A DNA stretch of 54,609 nucleotides from Prorocentrum cordatum (taxonomy: Eukaryota), in assembly GCA_963575745.1 (NCBI GenBank), contig CAUYUJ010000224.1, positions 62,001 through 116,609 on the forward strand, read 5' to 3'. The notes under the pieces were generated by a model. The model did no database searches and was not told the origin of the DNA. It saw only the letters and a program-made list of their open reading frames with translations. This document shows, piece by piece, positions 34,771 through 46,602 of the stretch; position 1 is the first letter of the stretch; each line of letters begins with the position of its first letter. The translations under genes were made by a program, and so were the position numbers.

Positions 34771-35790
34771 GCTTCTGAGAAGCCCCGCCGCGTTCTGAGG
34801 AGGCCTTCTCCCTCTGACTACCCCCCACTGGCCTCGCCTCCGAGAAGGACCGCCCGTGGGAAAGGCACGAAGCCAGAGATCTGGGCTTGGCTCTGCCCGA
34901 AGTCCTCCGGGTCTGCCATCGTTTCGTGGCGTTGGCTCCAGGAGATCTCGAGCTTTTCCCCCAGGCAAGCTTTTCATCCTGAGCCGTTTCTTTGACGGCC
35001 CTGGGGCCGGAAAGCAGCCTCCTGGAGCCCTAAACGACTAAAATCTGGACGTCACGATTTTCATGTAACGCCGAATGGGTTCCGAGCAGATGAGGTTGGA
35101 GGATCGCGCCGCCTCCCCGACGCATCGCCGATGCATCGGCGACGTCGGCAATGAATCGAGGCCGCCAGCATGGAAAAAAAACAAGCTCCACATCAAGCCG
35201 CATCGTCGCGATGCATCGGCGATGAGGCGCGATCCTCCGACCCCATCTACTTCGACACCATTTGGGAAGCCTACACCCCCTCGGAAAAGCAGTGCAACTT
35301 TCGCAAGTCGTGTCGAACAATCGTCCCGGGGAACTCCCCGAGGGTAGTTTTTCATGCCGGGCTCGTCTCTGCCGGCCACGGCGCCCGAAAACGGCCCCCA
35401 GAGGCCAGAAAACTGCGACGAACACGAGCAGATCGACGACGAGAGCTGCACTACCTTTTAGCAGGGCACCAGGGATGCCCGAAAGCCTCCAGCACCCCGC
35501 AGCAGCGCTCCCCGTGGAGCAGCGCCTGCCCCGGGGGCAGCCCCGGCACGCCGAGGCCCTGCTGGTGCTGCCCGCGAGCGTCGCAGCCGCTGTCGCCGCC
35601 CGCGTGCAGCACCGCCGCCGCCGTGCCGAAGGCCCGCCGAGGCCCCCTCGGCGTCGCCAGGCGTGTCCGACTCGACTCTTTTTCCATCGGCCCTGGGCCG
35701 AAGAACACCCTCCAAGAACATGAGACCCTCCGTCGACCGAAGCACACAGAATATGCAAGGGTACCCTCCCCAGAATGCACAAGAACATCC

Positions 35791-37921
35791 AATTAGCCTG
35801 GCGAAGGACCCAACAATATGCAGTTGTGAATGCCGCAATTGTGCTAGGTGGTGGCGGACGCATGCGGGCGGTGCCACTGGGACCTTCGGTGGAGCTCCCT
35901 ATGGGGCCACGAAACGCTGTACTGGGTGGGTGAGACGCGGTCAGCAAGGGCTGTGCTGCGTGGTGGCGGACGCATGCGAGCGGTGCCACTGGGACCTTCG
36001 GTGGAGCTCCCTATGGGGCCACGAAGCGCTGTACTGGGTGGGTGAAACGCAGGCAGGGAGCAAGGGCTGCGCAGGGTGGTGGCGGACGCATGCGGGCGGT
36101 GCCGCTGGGACCTTTGGTGGAGCTCCCTATAGGGCTACGAAGCGCTGTTCTGGGTGGGTGAAGCGCAGGGAACAAGGGCTGTGCTGGGTGGTGGCGGACG
36201 CAAGCGGGCAGTGCCACTGGGACCTTTGGTGGAGCCCCCTATGGGGCCACGAAACGTGCGAGGGGTGTGCCAGAATGGGGTGTGGAACCGCATGCCAGCG
36301 CAGCCACTGGGGCCTTCGGTGGAGCTCCCTATGGAGCCACGAAACGTGTGAGGGGTGTGCCGAAATGGGGGGTGGAACCGCATGCGAGCGCAGCCACTGC
36401 GGCGTTCGGTGGAGCTCCCTATGGGGCCACGAGACGTGTGAAGGGCGTGCCGAAGAAGGGGGTGGAACCGCATGCGAGCGCAGCCACTGGGGCCTTCGGT
36501 GGAGCTCTCTATGGGGCCACGAACCGTTTGAGGGGTGTGCCGAAACGAGGGGGGAATCACATGCGAGCGCAGCCACTTGGGCGTTCGATGGAGCTCCCCA
36601 TGGAGCCACCCACGAAGCGTGTGAGGGGTGTGCCAGAATGGGGGGTGGAACCGCATGCAGGCGCAGCCACTGGGGCCTTCGGTGGAGCTCCCTATGGGGC
36701 CACGAAACGTGCGAGGGGTGTGCCAGAATGGGGGGTGGAACCGCATGCGGGCGCAGCCACTGGGGCCTTCGGTGGAGCTCCCTATGGGCCACGAAACGTG
36801 TGAGGGGTGTGCCAGAATGGGGGGGGAACCGCATGCGGCGCAGCCACTGGGGCCTTCGGTGGAGCTCCCTATGGGGCCACGAAACGTGTGAGGGGTGTGC
36901 CAGAATGGGGGGTGGAACCGCATGCGGCGCAGCCACTGGGGCCTTCGGTGGAGCTCCCTATGGGGCCACGAAACGTGTGAGGGGTGGCCAGAATGGGGGG
37001 TGGAAACCGCATGCGGGCGCAGCCACTGGGGCCTTCGGTGGAGCTCCCTATGGGGCCACGAAACGTGTGAGGGGTGTGCCAGAATGGGGGGTGGAACCGC
37101 ATGCGGGCGCAGCCACTGGGGCCTTCGGTGGAGCTCCCTATGGGGCCACGAAGCGTGTGAGGGGTGTGCCAGAATGGGGGGTGGAACCGCATGCGGGCGC
37201 AGCCACTGGGGCCTTCGGTGGAGCTCCCTATGGGGCCACGAAACGTGTGAGGGGTGTGCCAGAATGGGGGGTGGAACCGCATGCGGGCGCAGCCACTGGG
37301 GCCTTCGGTGGAGCTCCCTATGGGGCCACGAAACGTGTGAGGGGTGTGCCAGAATGGAGGGTGGAACCGCATGCGGGCGCAGCCACTGGGGCCTTCGGTG
37401 GAGCTCCTTATGGGGCCACGAAACGTGTGAGGGGTGTGCCAGAATGGGGGGTGGAACCGCATGCGGGCGCAGCCACTGGGGCCTTCGGTGGAGCTCCCTA
37501 TGGGGCCACGAAACGTGTGAGGGGTGTGCCAGAATGGGGGGTGGAACCGCATGCGGGCGCAGCCACTGGGGCCTTCGGTGGAGCTCCCTATGGGGCCACG
37601 AAACGTGTGAGGGGTGTGCCAGAATGGGGGGTGGAACCGCATGCGGGCGCAGCCACTGGGGCCTTCGGTGGAGCTCCCTATGGGGCCACGAAACGTGTGA
37701 GGGGTGTGCCAGAATGGGGGGTGGAACCGCATGCGGGCGCAGCCACTGGGGCCTTCGGTGGAGCTCCCTATGGGGCCACGAAACTTGTGAGGGGTGTGCC
37801 AGAATGGGTGTGGGAGGGGGAGGAGGGGGGAGGAAGGGGAGGAGGAGGAAGGAGGAGGAAGGAGGAACGCGGGGCGACGTCTCTTCAAAACGAGGACCCA
37901 ACACCACAGGATGGTTGGGAA
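35791..37921 (-). mobile_element. Helentron-like element, copy B (non-autonomous: termini + array only)
   Basis: Left aattagcctggcgaaggacccaacaatatgcagttgtgaatgccgcaattg; right tctcttcaaaacgaggacccaacaccacaggatggttgggaa; (GGA)-rich tract at 37812-37866. Confidence 0.8.
35845..37810 (+). repeat. 90-bp tandem array (~21 units) inside copy B
   Basis: Main unit ggggccacgaaacgtgtgaggggtgtgccagaatggggggtggaaccgcatgcgggcgcagccactggggccttcggtggagctccctat; the first ~3 units are longer (~112-115 bp). Confidence 0.95.
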
Positions 37922-38744
37922 CAAACACGAAGAGCACTGAAATACCCTTCCCGAACCGACCTCGATATTATACCTCGGTCCGACTGGAAGCAGAGGGAGG
38001 CAAGCTGCAGGGAATGAAGCGCGACGGAGCGTGCCTGGCTCGAGAATTGCGCCGAGGGAGGGCAGCAGCAGCCGCAGGCAGCACGGGGGAGGGCGAGAAA
38101 ACAACGTGTTCGTCCTTGGCTTTGCGCGTGCTCGCACCCTCTCCACCTCTCGGCCGCTGGATTGGGTCAGGACAGAGCATGGCCAGGGCGACGATGCCCC
38201 CTGATCTGCAGGCCCAGGGTTTTTCAGAAAACATCTGTATCAGCGGCAGGCGCGCGCTTCCCCGCATGTCCAGGCGCTGCCAACAACAACAAGAGAAGAG
38301 AGAACGGCCAACTGTTCGCCGCGTTCGGCCTCTGGAGGCCAGCTCTTGGCCGCGGGGGGGCCTCGAAAACCGACCCCAGGAGGAAGACCCGGTCCCGGGG
38401 AAGAGGCCCAGAGAACCCGGGACCCCGTGTTGATAGAACTGCGACAACGGAGGTCTGGGCACGGCCTCGCCGGCCACGCCTCATAGGCGCGCACTCATGC
38501 CCAAATGTTGTATGCAGCACGGGGACCCCTGAAGTCCAGGGGAACTGGTCGAGATCCCTAGGGACGGCGTCACGAAAAAATGAGAGCGTCGGAGGACAGG
38601 GCCTCCCTACCAGGACGAGGACGACGGGAAGGAGAACGAGAAAGAGGGAGAGGAGCAGGGAAACGACGACGGCGGCAGGGCCAGGACTGGGGCAGGGGCC
38701 GTGGCTAGGGACACGGCCAGCATTTACAACAACGACGACGACGG

Positions 38745-38776
38745 TTAATACTAATACTACTGCGCTACTACTAGGG

Positions 38777-38810
<34 letters not shown>

Positions 38811-38915
38811 AACGACTACGACTACGACTATGACTACGATTGTGACTACGACTACGACTACGATTACGACTAACACTTCGTACGCTAAGACTACTTCGAC
38901 TAGTATTTCTACTAT

Positions 38916-38989
<74 letters not shown>

Positions 38990-39016
38990 ATACTACCACT
39001 ACTACCACGACTACTA

Positions 39017-39059
<43 letters not shown>

Positions 39060-39060
39060 G

Positions 39061-39135
<75 letters not shown>

Positions 39136-39145
39136 GTTGCTGCTG

Positions 39146-39199
<54 letters not shown>

Positions 39200-39496
39200 T
39201 TACTACTACTACNNNNNNNNNNNNNNNNNNNNNNNNNNNNNNNNNNNNNNNNNNNNNNNNNNNNNNNNNNNNNNNNNNNNNNNNNNNNNNNNNNNNNNNN
39301 NNNNNNNNNNNNCTAATACTACTACTACTACTACTACCGATCACTAAAACCATTCATGCTACGACTACTAACTACATTACTAACTTCTACTTCTACTACT
39401 ACTACTACTACTACTACTGCTGCTGCGCTGCTGCTACTACTACTGGAACACTACTACTACTACTACTCTACTACTACTTCTACTACTACTACTACG

Positions 39497-39529
<33 letters not shown>

Positions 39530-39601
39530 GCTACTACCACTACTACTACTACTACTACTACCACTACTACTACCACTCCTTCCACTACGACGAGTTCTAA
39601 G

Positions 39602-39651
<50 letters not shown>

Positions 39652-39765
39652 ACTTCTTCTACTATGTCTACTACTACAACTACTACTGCTACTACTACTA
39701 CTACTACTACTACTACCACTACTACCACTACTACCACTACCACTACGACTACGACTACGACTACG

Positions 39766-39796
<31 letters not shown>

Positions 39797-39895
39797 TTAC
39801 TACTACTACTACTACTACTACTACTACGACTACTACTACTACTACGACTACTACTCCTACTCCAACCCCTACTACTCCTACTACTACTACTACTT

Positions 39896-39948
<53 letters not shown>

Positions 39949-40032
39949 GCGACTACTATCACTCAAACCATTCCTGCTTCGACTACTACTACGACTACGA
40001 CTTCTACGTCTACTACTACTGCTGCTACTACG

Positions 40033-40096
<64 letters not shown>

Positions 40097-40429
40097 TTAC
40101 CACTACTACTACTACTGCTACTTCTACTACTACTTCTACGACTTCTACTACTACTATCTACTACTACTACTACTATTACTACTACTACTACTACTACTAC
40201 TGCTACTACTACTACTAACTAACCTCTACTACTACTACTACTACTACTACTACGTACTACTACTCTACGACTACGACTACGTACACCTACTACTACTACT
40301 ACTAAGCACCGCTACTACTACTACTACTACTACTAACTACTACTACTACTCTACTACTACTACTACTACTCTACTACTACTACGACTACTACCACTACTC
40401 CTACTCCTCGACTACTACTATCCCATACT

Positions 40430-40461
<32 letters not shown>

Positions 40462-40656
40462 TTACTACTACTACTACTATTACTACTACTACTACTACTA
40501 CGACTACCACTTCTACTACTACTACTACTGCTGCTGCTGCTACGACTACTACCACTACTCCTACGCCGACTACTATTAATACTACTACTACGAATACTAC
40601 TAATCATACTACCGCTACTGCGACTGCTAGTGCTACTGCTACGACTGCTACTACCA

Positions 40657-40717
<61 letters not shown>

Positions 40718-40823
40718 GACTTCTACTTCTATTTCTACTTCTACTACTACTGCTACCACTACTACTATTACCCCTAAGACCACCACCTTTACTCCTACGA
40801 CAACTACTACTACTACTACTACG

Positions 40824-40879
<56 letters not shown>

Positions 40880-40939
40880 ACACTACAACTAACTACTTCT
40901 ACTACAACTACTACTGCTACTACTACTACTACTACAACA

Positions 40940-41018
<79 letters not shown>

Positions 41019-41181
41019 GCTGCTGCTACTACTGCTACGACTACTACTTCTACTACTACAACTACTACTTCTACTACCACTACTACTGCTATTACTACTA
41101 CTACTACTACTACTACTACTAGGACTACTACTGATACTACTACTACTAACTACTACTACTACGACTACGACTACTACTACG

Positions 41182-41254
<73 letters not shown>

Positions 41255-41256
41255 AG

Positions 41257-41290
<34 letters not shown>

Positions 41291-41308
41291 TTATTACTAC
41301 TACTACTT

Positions 41309-41364
<56 letters not shown>

Positions 41365-41368
41365 TCTT

Positions 41369-41446
<78 letters not shown>

Positions 41447-41447
41447 T

Positions 41448-41486
<39 letters not shown>

Positions 41487-41487
41487 G
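38745..41487. repeat. Long (CTA)n/(CGA)n microsatellite containing an N gap
   Basis: Directly visible. Confidence 0.95.
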
Positions 41488-41658
41488 AGGGTCACACTTG
41501 ACTTATGGACTGGGAGGTTTGGGTATAGGTTTGGGTTTGGGTTTGGGTTCGCTCGGTTTCGGTGGGACGCTTGCATATTGGATCTAACATGGAACTCAAG
41601 GGGGAAGGCTTCTTAGGAATTCAAAAGATTTAATATATAGAACAAAAAAAACAACATC

Positions 41659-44600
41659 AAATTAGCCTGACGAGGGACCCAACCATATGCAGGTGTGAGT
41701 ACCGCAATAGTGATTCACTTTTTCGGTGGCGATCCCTATGAGGCAACGAACCGTGCTAGGGGTGTGCCGACATGAGTGGCGTGGTACACAACGCGAACGA
41801 TAACGATTTATCTGAGTACGTAGGGAGACTGAGCGCGGGTGAATCTGCGCGCGTGCGTGCGAGCGAGTCTACGCGCATGAATGCGAATATGACAAAGCGT
41901 GGTGCACTTGTGCATGACTGTCAATAGTTTGACAATGGCTGCCTCTGAGTACTCGTGACGCTGGGCGCTTGGCCGCCGCAAGGAGCTCCCCCGGGACTCC
42001 CCGACGGCATCGCCCGCGCGCCGCGACGCCAATGTCGGCGCGCCCCCCCGCGAGGATCGCGCCCGCTTCCTCCCCTTCCTTTACCCCCTCTTTGCCCGCG
42101 CACTCAAAAGTCCAAGGATGCGGGCGCAGCCCAGAGCGGAGCCCCCGCGACGCGCGCAGGTCGCCCCGGAGGGGTCCCAGCGACGCGCGCGGGTCGTCCA
42201 CTGCGCGGAGCAAAGAGAGCTAGCTGGCTGGCTGATAGCGGGCAAGGCTCTTGCCGCTGGGCAGAGCGACGACGGGCGAGCGAGGCGCTGGGCAGACCGC
42301 AGCACGGAGCCCCCGCGACGCGCGCAGGTCGCCCCGGAGGGGTCCCAGCGACGCGCGCGGGTCGCCCGCTGCGCGGAGCAAAGAGAGCTAGCTGGCTGGC
42401 TCGGACCTGCTGTGGGGCTCCATATGGGGCCACGTAACGCTGTACTGGGCAAGGGAGACGCATGCGGACTGCGCCACGGGGACCTTCGGTGGAGTTCCCT
42501 ATGGGGCCACGAAACGTATGAGAGGTGTGCCGAAATGAATGGCGGGGACGCATGCGGACTGTGCCACTGGTACCTTCGGCGGAGCTCCACTGGGGCCACG
42601 AAACGTGTGAGGGGTGTGCCGAAATGAGTGGCGGGGACGCATGCGGACTGCGCCACGGGGACCGTCGGTGGAGTTCCTCTGGGGCCACGAGACGTGTGAG
42701 GTGTGTGCCGAAACGAATGGCGGGAACGCATGCGGACTGTGCCACTGGGACCTTCGGCGGAGCTCCTGTGGGGCCACGAAACTTGTGAGGGGCGTGCCGA
42801 CATGAACGGCGGGAACGAATGCGGACTGTGCCGCGGGGACCTTCGGCGGAGCTCCTATGGGGCCACGAAACGTGTGAGGGTGTGCTGAAATGAATGGCGG
42901 GGACGCATGCGGACTGTGCCACCGGGACCTTCGGCGGAGCTCCCATGGGGCCACGAAACGTGTGAGGGGTGTGCCGAAATGAATGGCGGGGACGCGCGCG
43001 GACTGTGCCACCAGGACCTTCGGCGGAGCTCCTATGGGGCCACGAATCCTGTGAGGGGTGTGCCGAAATGAGCGGCGGGGACGCATGCGGACTGTGCCAA
43101 TGGGACCTTCGGCGGAGCTCCTGTGGGGCCACGAAACGTGCCAGGGGCGTGCCGACATGAGTGCGGGGACGTATGCGGACTGTTCCACTGGAACCTTCGG
43201 CGGAGCCCCTATGGGGCCACGAAGCGCGCGAGGGGTGTGCCGAAATGAATGGCGGGGGCGCATGCGCACTGTGCCACTGGGACCTTCGGCTGAGCTCCTA
43301 CGGGGCCACGAAACGCGTGAGGGGTGTGCCGAAATTACACACCCACAAGGACCTTCGGTGGAGCTCCCTATGGGGCCACGAAACGCGCGAGGGGTGGGCC
43401 GAAATGGGTGCGCGGGGCGCATGCGCACACACCCGCTGAAACCTTTGGTGGAGCTCCCTATGGGGCCACGAAAACTGTGAGGGGTGTGCCAAAATGGGTG
43501 CGCGGGACGCATGCGGGCACACCCACTGGGACCTTCGGTGGAGCTCCCTATGGGGCCACAAAACGTACGAAGGGTGTGCCGAAATGGGCGTGGGGGACGC
43601 ATGCGGGCACCCCTTCTGGGACCTTCGGTGGAGCTCCCTATGGGGCCACGAAACGCGTGAGGGGTGTGCCGAAATGGGTGTGCGGGACACATGCGGGCAC
43701 ACCCACTGGGACCTTCGGTGGGGCTCCCTATGGGGCCACGAAACGTGTGAGGGATGTGCCGTAATGGGTGTGCGGGACGCATGCGGGCACACCCACTGGG
43801 ACTTTCGGTGGAGTTCCCTATGGGGCCGCGGAACGCGCGGGGGATGTGCCGAAATGTGTGTGCGGGACGCATGCGGGCACACCCACTGGGACTTTCGGTG
43901 GAGCTCCCTATGGGGCCACGAAACGTGCGAAGGGTGTACCGAAATGGGTGTGCGGGACGCATGCGGGCACACCCACTGGGACCTTCGGTGGAGCTCCCTA
44001 TGGGGCCACGAAACGTGTGAGGGGTGTGCCGAAATGGGTGTGCGGGACGCATGCGGGCACACCCACTGGACCTTCGGTGGAGCTCCCTATGGGGCCACGA
44101 AACGTGTGAGGGATGTGCCGAAATGGAGTGTGCGGGACGCATGCGGGCACACACACTGGGACCTTCGGTGGAGCTCCCTATGGGGCCACGAAACGTGTGA
44201 GGGGTGTGCCGAAATGGGTGTGTGTGCGGGACGCATGCGGGCACACCCACTGGGACCTTCGGTGGAGCCCCCTATGGGGCCACGAAACGTGTGAGGGGTG
44301 TGCCGAAATGGGTGTGCGGGACGCGATGTACCGAAATGGGTGTGCGGGACGCATGCGGGCACACTCACTGGGACCTTCGGTGGAGCTCCCTATGGGGCCA
44401 CGAAGCGTGTGAGGGGTGTGCCGAAATTGGTGTGCGGGACGCATGCGGGCACACCCACTGAGACCTTCGGTGGAGCTCCCTATGGGGCCACGAAACGTGT
44501 GAGGTGTGTGCCGAAATGTGTGTGCGGGACGCATGCGGGCACACCCACTGAGACTTCGGTGGAGCTCCCTATGGGGCCACGAAGCGTGCGAAGGGTGTGC

Positions 44601-45015
44601 CAAAATGGGTGTGCGGGACGCATGCGGGCACACCCACTGCGACCTTCGGTGGAGCTCCCTATGGGGCCACGAAACGTGCGAGGGGTGTGCCGAGATGTGT
44701 GTGCGGGACGCATGCGGGCACACCCACTGGGACTTTCGGTGGAGCCCCCTATGGGACCACGAAACGTGCGAGGGGTGTGCCGAAATGGGTGTGCGGGACG
44801 CATGCGGGCACACCCACTGGGACCTTCGGTGGAGCTCCCTATGGGGCCACGGAACGTGTGAGGGGTGCGCGGAAATGGGCGATGACGATGATGATGGTCG
44901 TCGTCGTCGGAGGAGGAGGAGGAGGAGGAGAGGAGGAGAGGAGAGGAGAGGAGAAGAGGAGACGCGGGCCACCGTCTCTTCAAACGAGGACCCAACACCA
45001 CAGGATGGTGGGGAA
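41659..45015 (-). mobile_element. Helentron-like element, copy C (non-autonomous)
   Basis: Left aaattagcctgacgagggacccaaccatatgcaggtgtgagtaccgcaa; 41661-42400 resembles 6967-7700 of copy A; right tctcttcaaacgaggacccaacaccacaggatggtggggaa; (GAT)/(GGA) tract at 44880-44960. Confidence 0.8.
42413..44880 (+). repeat. 89/90-bp tandem array (~27 units) inside copy C, two variant blocks
   Basis: 42413-43335: ..aaatgaatggcggggacgcatgcggactgtgccactggga..; 43335-44880: ..aaatgggtgtgcgggacgcatgcgggcacacccactggga.. Confidence 0.95.
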
Positions 45016-45072
45016 AAATTTAATTCAGTTGAATAAAATGATACCAGAGAAAAACCCACATGATAATATTAT

Positions 45073-46602
45073 TAGGGCTGTGGGGCAAAAGGGCCATATG
45101 GGCTATAGGGCTATTGGGCTATAGGGTAATAGAACTACAGGGCTATAGGGCGATAGGGCTATAGGGTATAGGGGTATAGGGCTATAGAGCTATAGGGCTA
45201 TACGGCTATAGGGCTCTTGAGCTATGGGGCTATACGGGTGTAGAGCTATAGAGCTGTAGGGCTATAGAGCTATAGGGCTATAGGGCGCTATAAAACTATA
45301 GGGCACCCCCGGGCACCCGGGCACGCCCGGGCACGCCCGGGCACCCGGGCATCCCCGGGCACCCGGGCACCCGGGCGGGCGGCGAAAATTGGCGGCAAAC
45401 CCAACCTAACCATATGAATCCGCTTGGACCCCTACAGAGGCAAGTTCTGCTTGCGGAGAATCACTTGGGATCCAATATATAGCGACTGCAATAGGAATGG
45501 ATGAATCCCTTGCGAACTTGGAAAAGCCCAACAGGAAACCACAAGAGCCAGCCGTAGGCGAAGTATGACATACACAAATCCCGAATAAGGTTTTCATAAG
45601 TTTTCATACATCCATATTGAGGCCCAGCCACAATACCGGCCACAAATGCGCGGGAACTAGTGCTAAGTTCTGCTGAGCCTTGCGCAGCCCCATGAAGCCC
45701 TGCGAGGCCCTGCTACAGTCTGCTCAGCCCTCCTAAGTCCTGCTGAAACCTGGTGAGCTCCGGCAAGCCCTGCTGCAAGAGCTGGTAAGCCCTGCGGTAC
45801 GCTCTGCTACGCCCTGCTTGCCTCTGCTAAGCCCTGCAGCGCCACGCCAGGCTCTGCTAGGCCAGGCAGACTCTGGCAAGCCATGATTTGACCCGGTAAG
45901 CACTGCTAATCCCTGCTACACAGGGCGAAGCCCTGGTGGCCCCTGGTGCGTTGTGCGTGGTGCGTTGTGTATGCTGCGTTGAGTGTTGTGTATTGTGTGT
46001 TGTCTTGTGCGTTGTGTGCGGCATGTTGTGTTGGTGTGTGGTGTGTTGTGTGTGTGTTGCGTGCTGTGTGTTGTGTGTTGTGTGCTGTGTGTGTCGTGCG
46101 TATTGTGCGTGCGCGTTGTGCGTTGTGTGTGTGTCGTGTGTGGTGTGCGTGTTGTTTGTGTCGTGCGTTGTGCGTTGTGCGTGCGTGGCGTGCGCTGTGT
46201 ATTGTGCGTTGTGTGCGTTGCGTTGTGCGTTCTGTGTTGCGTGTTGTGCGTTGCGTGTGTTGTCTGTGTTGTGCGCGTGCGTTGCGTGCGTTGTGTGTTG
46301 CGCGTGCCGCGTGCGCTGCGTGCGTTGTGTGTGTGTGCGTGTTGTGCGCGGTTCGTCGTGCTCGCTGCGTAAGCTGCGTAAGCGCTGTGTGCGTTGTGTG
46401 TGGCGCGTTGTGTTGGGTGCGTGGCGCGTGGTGCGTTGTGTCGGGTGCGTTGTGCGTAGCGTTGTGCGCGTTGCGTGTTGCGCGCGTGCGCTGTGTGCGT
46501 TGTGCGTTGTGTGTTGTGCGTGTTGTGCGCGTCGTGCGCGTCGCGTGTTGCGCGCGCGGTTCGCGCTGCGTGCGTCGCGTGCGTTGCGTGCGTCGCGCGT
46601 CT
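45073..46602. repeat. Stacked minisatellites: (GGGCTATAG)n, (GGGCACCCG)n, (AAGCCCTGCT)n, GT-rich (GTGCGTT)n
   Basis: Approximately 45073-45302, 45301-45376, 45660-45935 and 45945-46602. Confidence 0.85.

Noticed and set aside
41513..41565. Telomere-like (TTTGGG)n stretch
   Set aside because: Only ~4 imperfect units and not the TTTAGGG repeat.
45073..45302. (GGGCTATAG)n as an interstitial telomere
   Set aside because: A degenerate 9-mer that differs from TTTAGGG and sits among other unrelated minisatellites.
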